Shown: piece after piece, positions 1-8,657 of the stretch
Position numbering within the stretch: the first letter of the stretch is position 1
Layout of the letters: each line of letters starts with the position of its first letter
Source of the DNA: Schizochytrium sp. TIO01
Lineage: Eukaryota; Protista; Bigyra: Labyrinthulomycetes
Assembly: GCA_004764695.1 (NCBI GenBank)
Contig: SMSO01000031.1
Coordinates: forward strand, 2,890,436-2,954,435
Direction of reading: 5' to 3'
DNA: 64,000 bases
Program-made: the position numbers and the translations under genes
The notes under the pieces: model-generated
The model's input: the letters and a program-made list of their open reading frames with translations, nothing else
The model's database searches: none
Told to the model about the DNA's origin: nothing

Positions 1-1512
1 GTTTGAAGCCTCGGATAACTTCAAGAAAGCCAGCTCGTCTGTAATGGTTTCTTCACCTGCCTCTGCAGAGGTTTGACCCCCGAAGATAACCAAGGCATCT
101 GAATTGGCATCAATAGCTGCGCCATGACCACTTGTTTTGTGCATTTTTTCCAGATGAGCTGGCCGAGTCATGTGTGTCTCATCAATATCAAGCAGGAAGA
201 CATCGTCGTACACCTCTTCCTTTGCAGTGTCCCAACCTCCTGTAATATACAGCTTTGCACCAGAGTTTGGCTTGGACAATGCCACATGACCGCACCGTGG
301 GCGAAAGTACGTGCCTGTAATAACCACAGAGGACCAAGTCAGTGTACCCGAAACCTCCTCACTAAGTACATGCACGTCATCTAGCATATTGCTTTCGCCA
401 TAGCGGCCGCCCATGACAACCATGCGATGGTTGCCTGCGGCAGCAGCAGCATGAAACACGCGCGCACGGGGCTTTGTCCCAGCGGGTTCTGGCCGCGTCC
501 AGCGCCAAGTTTTCGTGTTGAGCATGTACAAGTCATTCATTTCACGACGCCCAGATTTACCACCAAAAATAAACAGCCGTTCTCCTTTGCCCAAAGCACA
601 AGCGGAGTGACCCATCCGTGCAGTCGGTCCAAGACCGCTGGTTGTCAAAGGGTACCACAGCCCAATATCGCAATCAAAGACATTGCATGCATCTGTTTCG
701 CCATCCTCCGTGAGGCCTCCAAAAACCAGCACATGACCAGTGTCCGGCAAAAAAGTGGCCGTGTGCCAAGCCGTGGGGGCGCCCTCGCATCCAGCAGGAG
801 TGCTCCAGCTTCCACCTTCGCTTCCATTGCTGTTAATTGTGTAAATATGGACATCGCCTAAAAGATCTGCATGATGTTTAGATTCACCACCATAGAGCAA
901 GAGCTTTCCGGGCTGAGTTGCTGTGAAACTCGCGCCCCAACGAGGTACAGGGCAAAACTCTTGTGCACTGATCCGTGCAACGGCGCTGCAACGAGAACTT
1001 TTGACCGGTGAACCATACGTGAGAATTGGCGATGAGAGACCTCCGACTTTTGTAGTGCGCTCTGAGTGAACTGCACTATGCTCATCATCTGAGCTTTGCG
1101 CACCGTCGTCGCTTTCATCCTGGGGCTGTGACTTTTGGCTCTTTTTCGCAGGCGATCGCTGCGGACTTGCCATGAGTTTGTTGCGATGCCTGGACATTGG
1201 CGACAGCCTGACACCAGCAGGAAGGATCAAATGTCCTGTGAACGAATTAAGATCAATTCGGACACTCCCGTCCTCCATCGTCTGACTTGCTACTGGTACT
1301 ATGCCTTCCTCGTCCATCATAGTTGTAGCAACATCATCGTTAGACGGTACCAACTCTACTTGTAATGGAGAGCTGTTCGCATGGTTGGCTTGGGGAGCAT
1401 ATTTATCAAGAATCTTTGCTAGTTCGTCATCCTCGTCGCCCAAAATCACATCGCGAAGGCTCAGTTGCGGCTTGTCCTCCGACTGCGTTCGATGCTCTCG
1501 CTTTGGTGCCAT
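1..1512 (-). CDS. Kelch-repeat beta-propeller protein (partial; runs off the window start)
   Basis: Manual translation from ATG at 1512 (MAPKREHRTQSEDKPQ...) stays open to position 1, and there is an in-frame TGA upstream near 1590. Repeated Kelch motifs: PVPRWGASFTA..LLYGG..LGDVHIY, PTAWHTAT..VLVFGG, PTARMGHSA..LFIFGG..MNDLYMLN...W, PRARVFHAAA..VVMGG, PRCGHVA..LYITGG. It is absent from the ORF track because its stop codon lies outside the window. Confidence 0.88.
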   Translation of the reverse strand, partial: MAPKREHRTQSEDKPQLSLRDVILGDEDDELAKILDKYAPQANHANSSPLQVELVPSNDDVATTMMDEEGIVPVASQTMEDGSVRIDLNSFTGHLILPAGVRLSPMSRHRNKLMASPQRSPAKKSQKSQPQDESDDGAQSSDDEHSAVHSERTTKVGGLSSPILTYGSPVKSSRCSAVARISAQEFCPVPRWGASFTATQPGKLLLYGGESKHHADLLGDVHIYTINSNGSEGGSWSTPAGCEGAPTAWHTATFLPDTGHVLVFGGLTEDGETDACNVFDCDIGLWYPLTTSGLGPTARMGHSACALGKGERLFIFGGKSGRREMNDLYMLNTKTWRWTRPEPAGTKPRARVFHAAAAAGNHRMVVMGGRYGESNMLDDVHVLSEEVSGTLTWSSVVITGTYFRPRCGHVALSKPNSGAKLYITGGWDTAKEEVYDDVFLLDIDETHMTRPAHLEKMHKTSGHGAAIDANSDALVIFGGQTSAEAGEETITDELAFLKLSEASN

Positions 1513-2639
1513 GCCTGCTTCAAGCTGCCGAAAAAAGACTAAGTTACAACGAACTTGTGTCCTCTACAAAGCCAAGCTGCCGGTAGTTCAGGGTTTGTGC
1601 AGGTCGTTGACTGCTCTCAACGTCAACTTTAATTGAGGATCTCCACTTCACACGTGTCTCGTTCCTTCAGATGAAGTAGTTTTGGTTCGCGTTCTGCAGT
1701 CAACAAGAGCCCTGCTTTACCTAACTACAGCACTTCCTACCCAGCGCTAACTACTTCTACCAATATTTTCCCTCCCTCCGAGCTCAACCACAAAGCAGAA
1801 GAAGGCCAAGGGAAAAAAAGAAACACTATCACCCTCTCTCTCTATTCTATTACGACCAGTGAGAGTGGAACGTTCTGAAACGCTGTTCTATGTTCTATTG
1901 CTGAGGGACCTTAGTTCGTTCGAGAGGTAGATAAATCATTTGTGTGAAGATCTCGCTGGTAGAACCCTTGCTCTGATACTGAGCTGTGCCCGAGATTTCA
2001 TCTTGAATGCATGATAAGGGTGATTTCAGAATAATATAGTAAATTGTACGTTTGAGGATTTGAAGCATTATAAAGGTTGGTTAGTTATTGGGATACCGAA
2101 CCTGAGAAATAGAATATCATTCTCTCGCGATAATTGATGCATTATAAGTTTGTTAGGTATGTGTCTGTCATCATTACACCAAATGCGATAGAACAAGGCC
2201 TGATTCTGACGCCATGGATTGTTTTGCATTAGGCCCAAGGAGAAGTACTCTATATGACAAACCATCCCAGCTCTTTATGTTGGTCTCATTTTACAAATAT
2301 CTTCTCCCCCCTTTTTTTTTAAAGTGCATAGAAATAACAACAGATTCTAAAAAATAGAAAGAACAGAAAACCATTTCTTTTAATTTGATTATTACAAAAG
2401 GTCACGGTACCCACATAGGTAGTTAGTACCTACGACCTCGGTAGGGTTTGCGCACGGACATCGACTTCATGAAAATAATGATGGCATGAGAATGACCATG
2501 AAAGAGATCTAAAGAGTACCAGGGGTACAAGGTCACCAGTGGCGTAATCCAAGAGGATTCACGGAGTTGTGATTTCTACTCCTCAAGTGTTGGCTTGGCT
2601 CGTCTGTACAGTCGTGTGCAGTGAGCCACGGCAAACTCA

Positions 2640-4001
2640 ATGTATACAGGCTCAGCCAAGAGGGAAACGTCAAATAGACGGCAGCCCAACAACACTATTC
2701 AACATAGCCAAGGTCGAAGACTTAGCAAAAGTCCTCGAACACCTGCGGCAGGATACTCTACAATCAGAAACACGGCGGAAAGCCCTGGGACATCTGCACG
2801 CAAAGCTAAAGCGCTCTTGGCCAGACAGCAGGCAAAGTTGGAACATCTTGAGGAGCTTTGTGAAGATTTGCGACGCAAAACTCTGGAAGACCTACACCCA
2901 ACTGCTGACGCCATTTCAGATACAATTAACGAGCTTAGCAAGGTTATTCTGCAGCAGAGTCGGGTTCAGGAAGAGTCAGAGCGTCGCACGGACCTCCTTG
3001 AATCAAGGTTATCAAACCTTGCGGATATTGTCCAGTCTTTAGAAACTCGGTTTTCACTACGTGTTGAACAGACCTCACATACTTTAGAGCGCCGTGTCGA
3101 TAAAAATAGCCAGGCACTCGAAGATCTTGAGGTTAAATTATCCGACTTGCAGCTCTTGCATAACGAAACCTCACATCAACGTGACCTGCCCTGGGCGGAC
3201 CTAACAAATCGTATAGACGCTCTCGAGACGAACCTCCAGCAAGCTCAAGACGGCCATACCTTACAGATTGCAGACCTAGACTGTCGCGCATCTACTCTCG
3301 AAGGCAAACTAGCAGAGCTCAATAAATCTTGCTTGCAAAATAAACTCTCTCTAGAAAAGCTTGAGGATAACCAACACAAGCATCAAAAGGAGTTCCCGCA
3401 AAACTTCACCCAGCAGCTTGAAGTTGTGGTTGCACGCACTGAGCACTTGGCTACGCAGCTCGCTTCTGCCCAGCAACGTGCGGAAGCAGATAGAGAATCC
3501 ACAAAGCAAGCTTTAGATATCCAAGAACGAAGAACGAATAGTCTTCTAGAGCAACTTCGCGATCGTCTTCGTTCTTTCCCCTTGCAGCAAGCACCACCAC
3601 CAGTAACACCAGCAGGAACAACCTCATTTTCGCAAAACTACGCACATCAAGAACCCTCATCACCTGTGTACACGCGATCTCCTCATCTCAACTTCTCGCC
3701 TCCAGATTACGAAAGAAATCATTATTCCCGGCTTCCCGGCGACCATGTCTCAAGACTCGTCAACGAAATCTCCAGTGCCCTGCCCTCCTCCACGTCGCCC
3801 TCCTTTACCCCCGCGGCCGCCACCGCCACCTCCACCTCCGCCTCCGGATCAAAATTTGCAACAATCTCAAACAGACCTAGCTCACCTTTCCAGTCCCCAA
3901 GCCCCAGTCCCTCATCCACCTCAGCCTCCTCTGCAGCTGCCTATAAACGCAGCCAACAGAACCACGAGTTCGGCAACAACTACCAAACTACACTTGGATG
4001 A
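2640..4001 (+). CDS. Long coiled-coil protein with Ser/Pro-rich tail (possibly the 5' part of a fusion with the downstream dioxygenase ORF)
   Basis: 453-aa ATG-initiated ORF with ~250 aa of heptad-like L/E/Q/R-rich sequence (LEHLEELCEDLRR...LESRLSNLADIVQSLE...LEDLEVKLSDLQ), followed by S/P/T low-complexity sequence. Confidence 0.72.
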   Translation: MYTGSAKRETSNRRQPNNTIQHSQGRRLSKSPRTPAAGYSTIRNTAESPGTSARKAKALLARQQAKLEHLEELCEDLRRKTLEDLHPTADAISDTINELSKVILQQSRVQEESERRTDLLESRLSNLADIVQSLETRFSLRVEQTSHTLERRVDKNSQALEDLEVKLSDLQLLHNETSHQRDLPWADLTNRIDALETNLQQAQDGHTLQIADLDCRASTLEGKLAELNKSCLQNKLSLEKLEDNQHKHQKEFPQNFTQQLEVVVARTEHLATQLASAQQRAEADRESTKQALDIQERRTNSLLEQLRDRLRSFPLQQAPPPVTPAGTTSFSQNYAHQEPSSPVYTRSPHLNFSPPDYERNHYSRLPGDHVSRLVNEISSALPSSTSPSFTPAAATATSTSASGSKFATISNRPSSPFQSPSPSPSSTSASSAAAYKRSQQNHEFGNNYQTTLG

Positions 4002-4944
4002 GAATCTAGACTCTGTGAGACCATTGAGCTCATCTGACATTGAGGATTTTGTTGAAAATGGCTATGTTGTGCTCCGCAATGGATTTGATCCTGCGCTTGC
4101 AGCTCACATTCGCGAAAATGAACTATGGACATCGCTGTATAGGATGCATGGGATCAAGAAGGAGGATCCCTCTACGTGGCCTCACCATGTTGGCATGCGG
4201 AAAGTATATTTCGCTTCAGATAAACTCCCAGCTGAAGAGGCTGATGCAGGTGTAGAATATGTTGAGAAAGACTGGGTAAACAAAGTTTTAAATGAGCGTG
4301 TTTTAGCTGCGATCGACCAACTTGTAGGAGGACGAAATCGTTGGCATGTGGACCGATTTGGCTTAGGGTGGTGGGCTGTGTCATGGCCTCAACCCAAACC
4401 TGACAACGCGGACTGGGGCGCTGATGGTGCATGGCATATTGACGGAGCTCATTTTAAACACAAAATTAACAGTGCAGAACAAGCGCTCCTTCCTATTTTT
4501 ATTTTTAGCAACATTGAACCTGAGGATGGCGGCACGGCACTTGCTGCTGGATCTCATGTAGCTGTGACAAAAATCCTCTCGGAAGCAGAAATAAGTGCCC
4601 CTGATGGTATTCCAGGTAGTCAAGTTTCTAGAGCAGCTGCCGCTGTTCCTGGGGCGTTAGATAACATTATTGAGGCATGCGGCCAAGCTGGAGATGTCGT
4701 GTTATGCCATCCTTTTCTCCTGCACGCAAGGGGTATTAATTATGGCCAAAATGGTGTGGAATCTGTGCGCTTTATAAGCAACCCGTGCGTACAGTTCAGA
4801 GAGGAGATGAATGTTGGAATTGAAGCAGATCCCGAGCATCAGTCTCCTGTTGAGAGAGCCGTAAGTGAAGCACGCATTCGTGCAATGCTTCCTCTGCGGT
4901 TCGGACATACAAGTCGCCCGCAAAAGCGGCGCCGTAAATATTAA
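3745..4944 (+). CDS. Phytanoyl-CoA dioxygenase (PhyH)-like Fe(II)/2-oxoglutarate dioxygenase; start uncertain
   Basis: PhyH-type start (LSSSDIEDFVENGYVVLRNGFD), HxD iron motif (WHIDG), DGGT..AAGSH, distal His (GQAGDVVLCHPFLLHARG) and a downstream Arg (VRF). The N-terminal ~85 codons are Pro-rich and overlap the upstream ORF. Confidence 0.8.
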   Translation: MSQDSSTKSPVPCPPPRRPPLPPRPPPPPPPPPPDQNLQQSQTDLAHLSSPQAPVPHPPQPPLQLPINAANRTTSSATTTKLHLDENLDSVRPLSSSDIEDFVENGYVVLRNGFDPALAAHIRENELWTSLYRMHGIKKEDPSTWPHHVGMRKVYFASDKLPAEEADAGVEYVEKDWVNKVLNERVLAAIDQLVGGRNRWHVDRFGLGWWAVSWPQPKPDNADWGADGAWHIDGAHFKHKINSAEQALLPIFIFSNIEPEDGGTALAAGSHVAVTKILSEAEISAPDGIPGSQVSRAAAAVPGALDNIIEACGQAGDVVLCHPFLLHARGINYGQNGVESVRFISNPCVQFREEMNVGIEADPEHQSPVERAVSEARIRAMLPLRFGHTSRPQKRRRKY

Positions 4945-5270
4945 CGTAGCATTTAGAGCTTGCGTTTTTCGATATTGCGTTAGTTTTAAAACCAAATAGC
5001 TTGTGATTATTCTTTGCGAATAATTTTTTCAAGAACTCTTCTTCATTTTAAAGCAAAGCAAATTAAGTGTCTAAGGAAGTAAAATATATGAGGATTTTTT
5101 ATGTTTGAAATGATGAATCAGAAAATCCCTGCGTCTGACATGAGGGAGTGAAACGTCGCTACTGGTAGTCATTTGACTTGTTTATTCATTTAGTTAAGCA
5201 TGACGAGTTTGCAATTTGAAACGTTGAAAGGGGATAAACGAGAATGGACGGGCCACATGAGGTGCTTTGG

Positions 5271-6782
5271 CTAAAGATCCAGTCCAGCCATAGAGAACAT
5301 CAGTAGTTTATAGCCCTCAGGGAAGGACTCTGGCTTTTCATCAGGTAGCACATGCGATGCAACAATCTTGGCAATATGGACAATGTCATCCTCCGAGTCG
5401 AAGAACTCTGTGAGGTAAACAAGAACCTGAAAGTCAGAGAGTGCCTTTGCAAGCGCTGCATCAGAAGGATTCGAGCCGAGCGGTTTGAGCACACGATTCA
5501 GAGCTTGCGAAGATGGCTGGTCACCCTGAATACGGTTATAGCGTGGGAAGCCACCAGCAAAAGGGCTCGTGTGACTCAAGATTGGAACGCGCTTAACGAA
5601 AAAGTCATTGTCAACCACCTCTGCGCCCTTTTTCTCGACAATCACTGTAAAGGTCTCGTTTACAGCCGAATGACCAGGGGCATCACGCATTGCCAAGAGT
5701 GCGTCTTCAGCTACCATTTCTAGACACTGCGGAGTGAGAGAAAATGCATCGAAAGAAGCATTTCCTTCCTCGCTTGTGACTTTCACTAGAACGAAGGGGC
5801 TATCCATTTTGCCATCAGTGGCCTCAAGAGCTTGTTCTGCAGCGTTGATAATCTCATGAGTAGATACAGTATAGCCCTCTCGGCCAGGAGCATGCGAAAA
5901 CAAAAAGCCTACCTTTTGCAAACCGAGGGCTTTGGCAATTGCTTCTACCTTCTCTTCCCGAGGGTCCTCAAGGAGCTGCACGCCTGCAGGCGAAGCTTCT
6001 TGGAGAGGCTCATAAAAGGCGTGAACAATAACACCCTTCTCCGGACGTTCCTCCTTCTTGAGCATACCTTCAAGATCCTCCACTTTAATCTGGCGCTTAC
6101 CTGCAGCCGACATTTCAGCTACGGAGCTCGCTGTGGCAGACTTACCCTCACCATTATTGCCAGTACCGTGTTTCTCACGGTACTCGACGCTGCCTGCAAT
6201 CTCATCAGCATTGGCGAATTTACCATATAAATAAGCGCAACGCGGTTGCATAAAGCCAAAGTTTTGGAGGTACATTTGGAAACGATTACACGAGTCCGCG
6301 TCCAAGCTTGCACTGGCACAAAATGATTTCTGTTCTCCTTTAATCTCAAATGTGTATTTTTGGTCAAACTCCACCATGTCCGTGAGTGTCCAGTGGAGTT
6401 TCTGCGCGCGAAGAGATTGAAGACCTGGGCGAAAGGCCTGAGCATCTGCTTCGGACTCTGCCTTGATTAGGTTACCGTGCGCGTCAATCTTGCGCGGTCC
6501 AGATCCGATGAGACCACCGGATTTCGCTCCTGCAGAGGAAGCGCCCCCGGAGACTGCGCCATCTGCCTCGACATAAAGGATATCTCCATGCTTGATGCCG
6601 AAGTCGCGAAGCGGTTTGCTGCGTTGCTCCTGAATTTCATCCGAGTAGTCAGGCTTCAGCGAGACCTTGTGGACTTTGACAGATTTTTCATGCTCCACAG
6701 TGGCAATCAGCTCCGATAGCGATGCATTTTCGGAGATCTCTTGGCGCCACATGCCAACCTTGGTTCTCAACCGAACGATCAT
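5271..6782 (-). CDS. NPL4: NPL4 (Cdc48/p97-Ufd1-Npl4 cofactor)
   Basis: N-terminal ubiquitin-like domain (MIVRLRTKVGMWR...LRDFGIKHGDILYV), then the Npl4 MPN core (CNRFQMYL..FGFMQPRCAYLYG, VIVHAFYEPLQE, VEAIAKALGLQKVGFLFSH, VDNDFFVKRVPI, LSDFQVLVYL). First ATG is at 6782; the track start at 6818 is a non-ATG codon. Confidence 0.88.
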   Translation of the reverse strand: MIVRLRTKVGMWRQEISENASLSELIATVEHEKSVKVHKVSLKPDYSDEIQEQRSKPLRDFGIKHGDILYVEADGAVSGGASSAGAKSGGLIGSGPRKIDAHGNLIKAESEADAQAFRPGLQSLRAQKLHWTLTDMVEFDQKYTFEIKGEQKSFCASASLDADSCNRFQMYLQNFGFMQPRCAYLYGKFANADEIAGSVEYREKHGTGNNGEGKSATASSVAEMSAAGKRQIKVEDLEGMLKKEERPEKGVIVHAFYEPLQEASPAGVQLLEDPREEKVEAIAKALGLQKVGFLFSHAPGREGYTVSTHEIINAAEQALEATDGKMDSPFVLVKVTSEEGNASFDAFSLTPQCLEMVAEDALLAMRDAPGHSAVNETFTVIVEKKGAEVVDNDFFVKRVPILSHTSPFAGGFPRYNRIQGDQPSSQALNRVLKPLGSNPSDAALAKALSDFQVLVYLTEFFDSEDDIVHIAKIVASHVLPDEKPESFPEGYKLLMFSMAGLDL

Positions 6783-7547
6783 TTTGAGCTTGTAATTAAA
6801 TACTTTGAATCCCCACACAACTCAGGCTCAAAAGAACTTGCCCAAGCCAAGACCTCCTCACTTTAAGATCTAAAGTCTACAATTGGGCAAAAGCGCCTAA
6901 GGAAACCCTGTGCAGATATTGCCACTAGGATATTCCTTCTCCTCCTTCTTCTTCTTCTTCTGATTCTCCTCAGATGGCCACTCTCCGTAAAGTTCAAGAT
7001 GCCGCGGAGAAGATAGGCAAACCCTGAGAGATTATGATCGAAAATAAAGTCTCTTAATCGTACAGCAAGAGCTCGCTCAAGCTGATGAAGGAGGACTGCT
7101 TCTCTGCTTCGCGCTCTCCTCAAACTCCTTCTTCGGCATGTTCAACCAGGAAGGAGACTCTATAATTTTCTCTTTCTACTTTTTTCTCTATAAAATCCTT
7201 CAAACTACTACATAATTATAGTGGACTTGTATAAGATTCTTTTTCATTCGTTTCTTTTCGCTAGATGTTCTAAGACTTGAGAATAGGAGCAAAGTCCATA
7301 AAATATGATGTGGTCTATAGGGACTTTTCAGACCTCAAAAATATTTCATAAAGGCAAAGGTAATATTAAAGGTTGAGTGGGAAGCAAATGTGACAATGTG
7401 AGTGCATTAACAAGCCATGAAGGTCTTAGGTTTAAGCAATACTTGGAGCAAAACATAAGAAAAACAAAAAATATTGGGGGTATGGCAAACCAGTCCAGCA
7501 AAAAGTAAGACTTATTCAATAATAATTGAGGGGTCTAGAATGAAGAT

Positions 7548-8657
7548 TTACTCGTTACGGAGCGCCTCAGTGCGCTGCTTAATGTGGTTGAGCAAGAGTG
7601 TACCGTGTTGGCTCTCGTCGAGACCGTGCTCCTTGCAGAAATCAGAGATCTTCCTGTTGACCATGTCGCCGTCATAGAGCTTCATACTAAATTCCTTGCC
7701 ATCAACGCTGATGGGAACCTCAAGCAAGAGCATCGGGTCAGAGCTCTCCTCAACAGCCTTCTTAGCGGCCTGCTCCTGCTCCTGGAGCTTCTGTGCCTCA
7801 GCGAGTTCCTTCTTGAGCTGCTGCTCAAGCTCCTTGGTCACGGCAGCGCTGGTGTCAATGATAGCACGGCGAATGAGTGGGCCATACTCAGCAATGCTGA
7901 TGCCCTGAGAGTTGCAGAAGACACGAACCAACTCCTCCAAATCATCTCCCTCGTGAACCCTAAGACGGGCGAGCTTGCCATCAACCTCAAATGGAATCGA
8001 GAACAAAAAGTTGCGTTCCTCCTGTTCCTGTTGCTGCACCTGCTCTTGAGGCTGCTCTTGTTGTTGTTGCTGCTGCTGCTCGGCCTGCATGTTCTGAATA
8101 CGCTGAGTGAGAGCGTTAATAAGAACCTCGCCGTTGGCCTCCATGTCGATGCTGTGGGCTGTGCAGAAGCGCTCGACGGCACCTCGAACAGTGTCACCGT
8201 TGAAAGCTCTGAGCATGAGAACAGAGTCACCGACCGCGATTTCGAGCGATACGAGCGGTGCCGGAGGGTTTTCAGGCACAAGGGTGTCACAGGACTTTTC
8301 GATCCAGGTTGCCCGAAGATTGTTGGGCATTGTGCCCCATGATTTGTTCGGGGCCACGCCATATGTGAGCTGCCAGGAAAGGCACTCGTCGCGAATGAGG
8401 TTCTCCTTCTGCATCTCCTGCCAGCGAGCCGAGAGTGCATTCTCGAGCTGGTTTACGTAGTTTTCCGAGATGCCATTGCGAGAGCAGAACTCGGTGGCGG
8501 CATCTTTAAAGGTCTTGCCAGCAGGCACCTCGAGCGGCACGTTCACTGGCAGGGTCACTGAGACACGCACGGTCTCGGATGCCTGATCTTGGGCAGACAC
8601 ACCGCTTGCGAGCACGGCAAAGACAGCAGCAATAGCGGCGAAGGCAAACGACTTCAT
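7548..8657 (-). CDS. Secreted/lumenal protein with four ~55-aa repeats (PFU-like) and a small Cys/Trp module
   Basis: ATG at 8657 gives a signal peptide (MKSFAFAAIAAVFAVLASGVSA). Four repeats share the consensus I.V.G....L....GD......V..FC..(H/Q/N)GI....L...I. Linkers are Q/E-rich and the codon usage is strongly biased to C/G endings. Confidence 0.8.
   Translation of the reverse strand: MKSFAFAAIAAVFAVLASGVSAQDQASETVRVSVTLPVNVPLEVPAGKTFKDAATEFCSRNGISENYVNQLENALSARWQEMQKENLIRDECLSWQLTYGVAPNKSWGTMPNNLRATWIEKSCDTLVPENPPAPLVSLEIAVGDSVLMLRAFNGDTVRGAVERFCTAHSIDMEANGEVLINALTQRIQNMQAEQQQQQQQEQPQEQVQQQEQEERNFLFSIPFEVDGKLARLRVHEGDDLEELVRVFCNSQGISIAEYGPLIRRAIIDTSAAVTKELEQQLKKELAEAQKLQEQEQAAKKAVEESSDPMLLLEVPISVDGKEFSMKLYDGDMVNRKISDFCKEHGLDESQHGTLLLNHIKQRTEALRNE

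Noticed and set aside
124-1636. Cluster of short ORFs on both strands
   Set aside because: They are shadows or alternative frames of the minus-strand Kelch gene.
2569-3042. 157-aa ORF with a hydrophobic start
   Set aside because: It has a non-ATG start and is an alternative frame over the longer coiled-coil ORF, with no recognisable motifs.
5110-5138. Box C (ATGATGA) and box D (CTGA) pair
   Set aside because: The span is only ~30 nt with no convincing terminal stem or guide sequence, too short for a C/D snoRNA.
7584-8460. Antisense and alternative-frame ORFs of 117-252 aa
   Set aside because: They are expected by-products of the strongly biased codon usage of the 7548-8657 gene.
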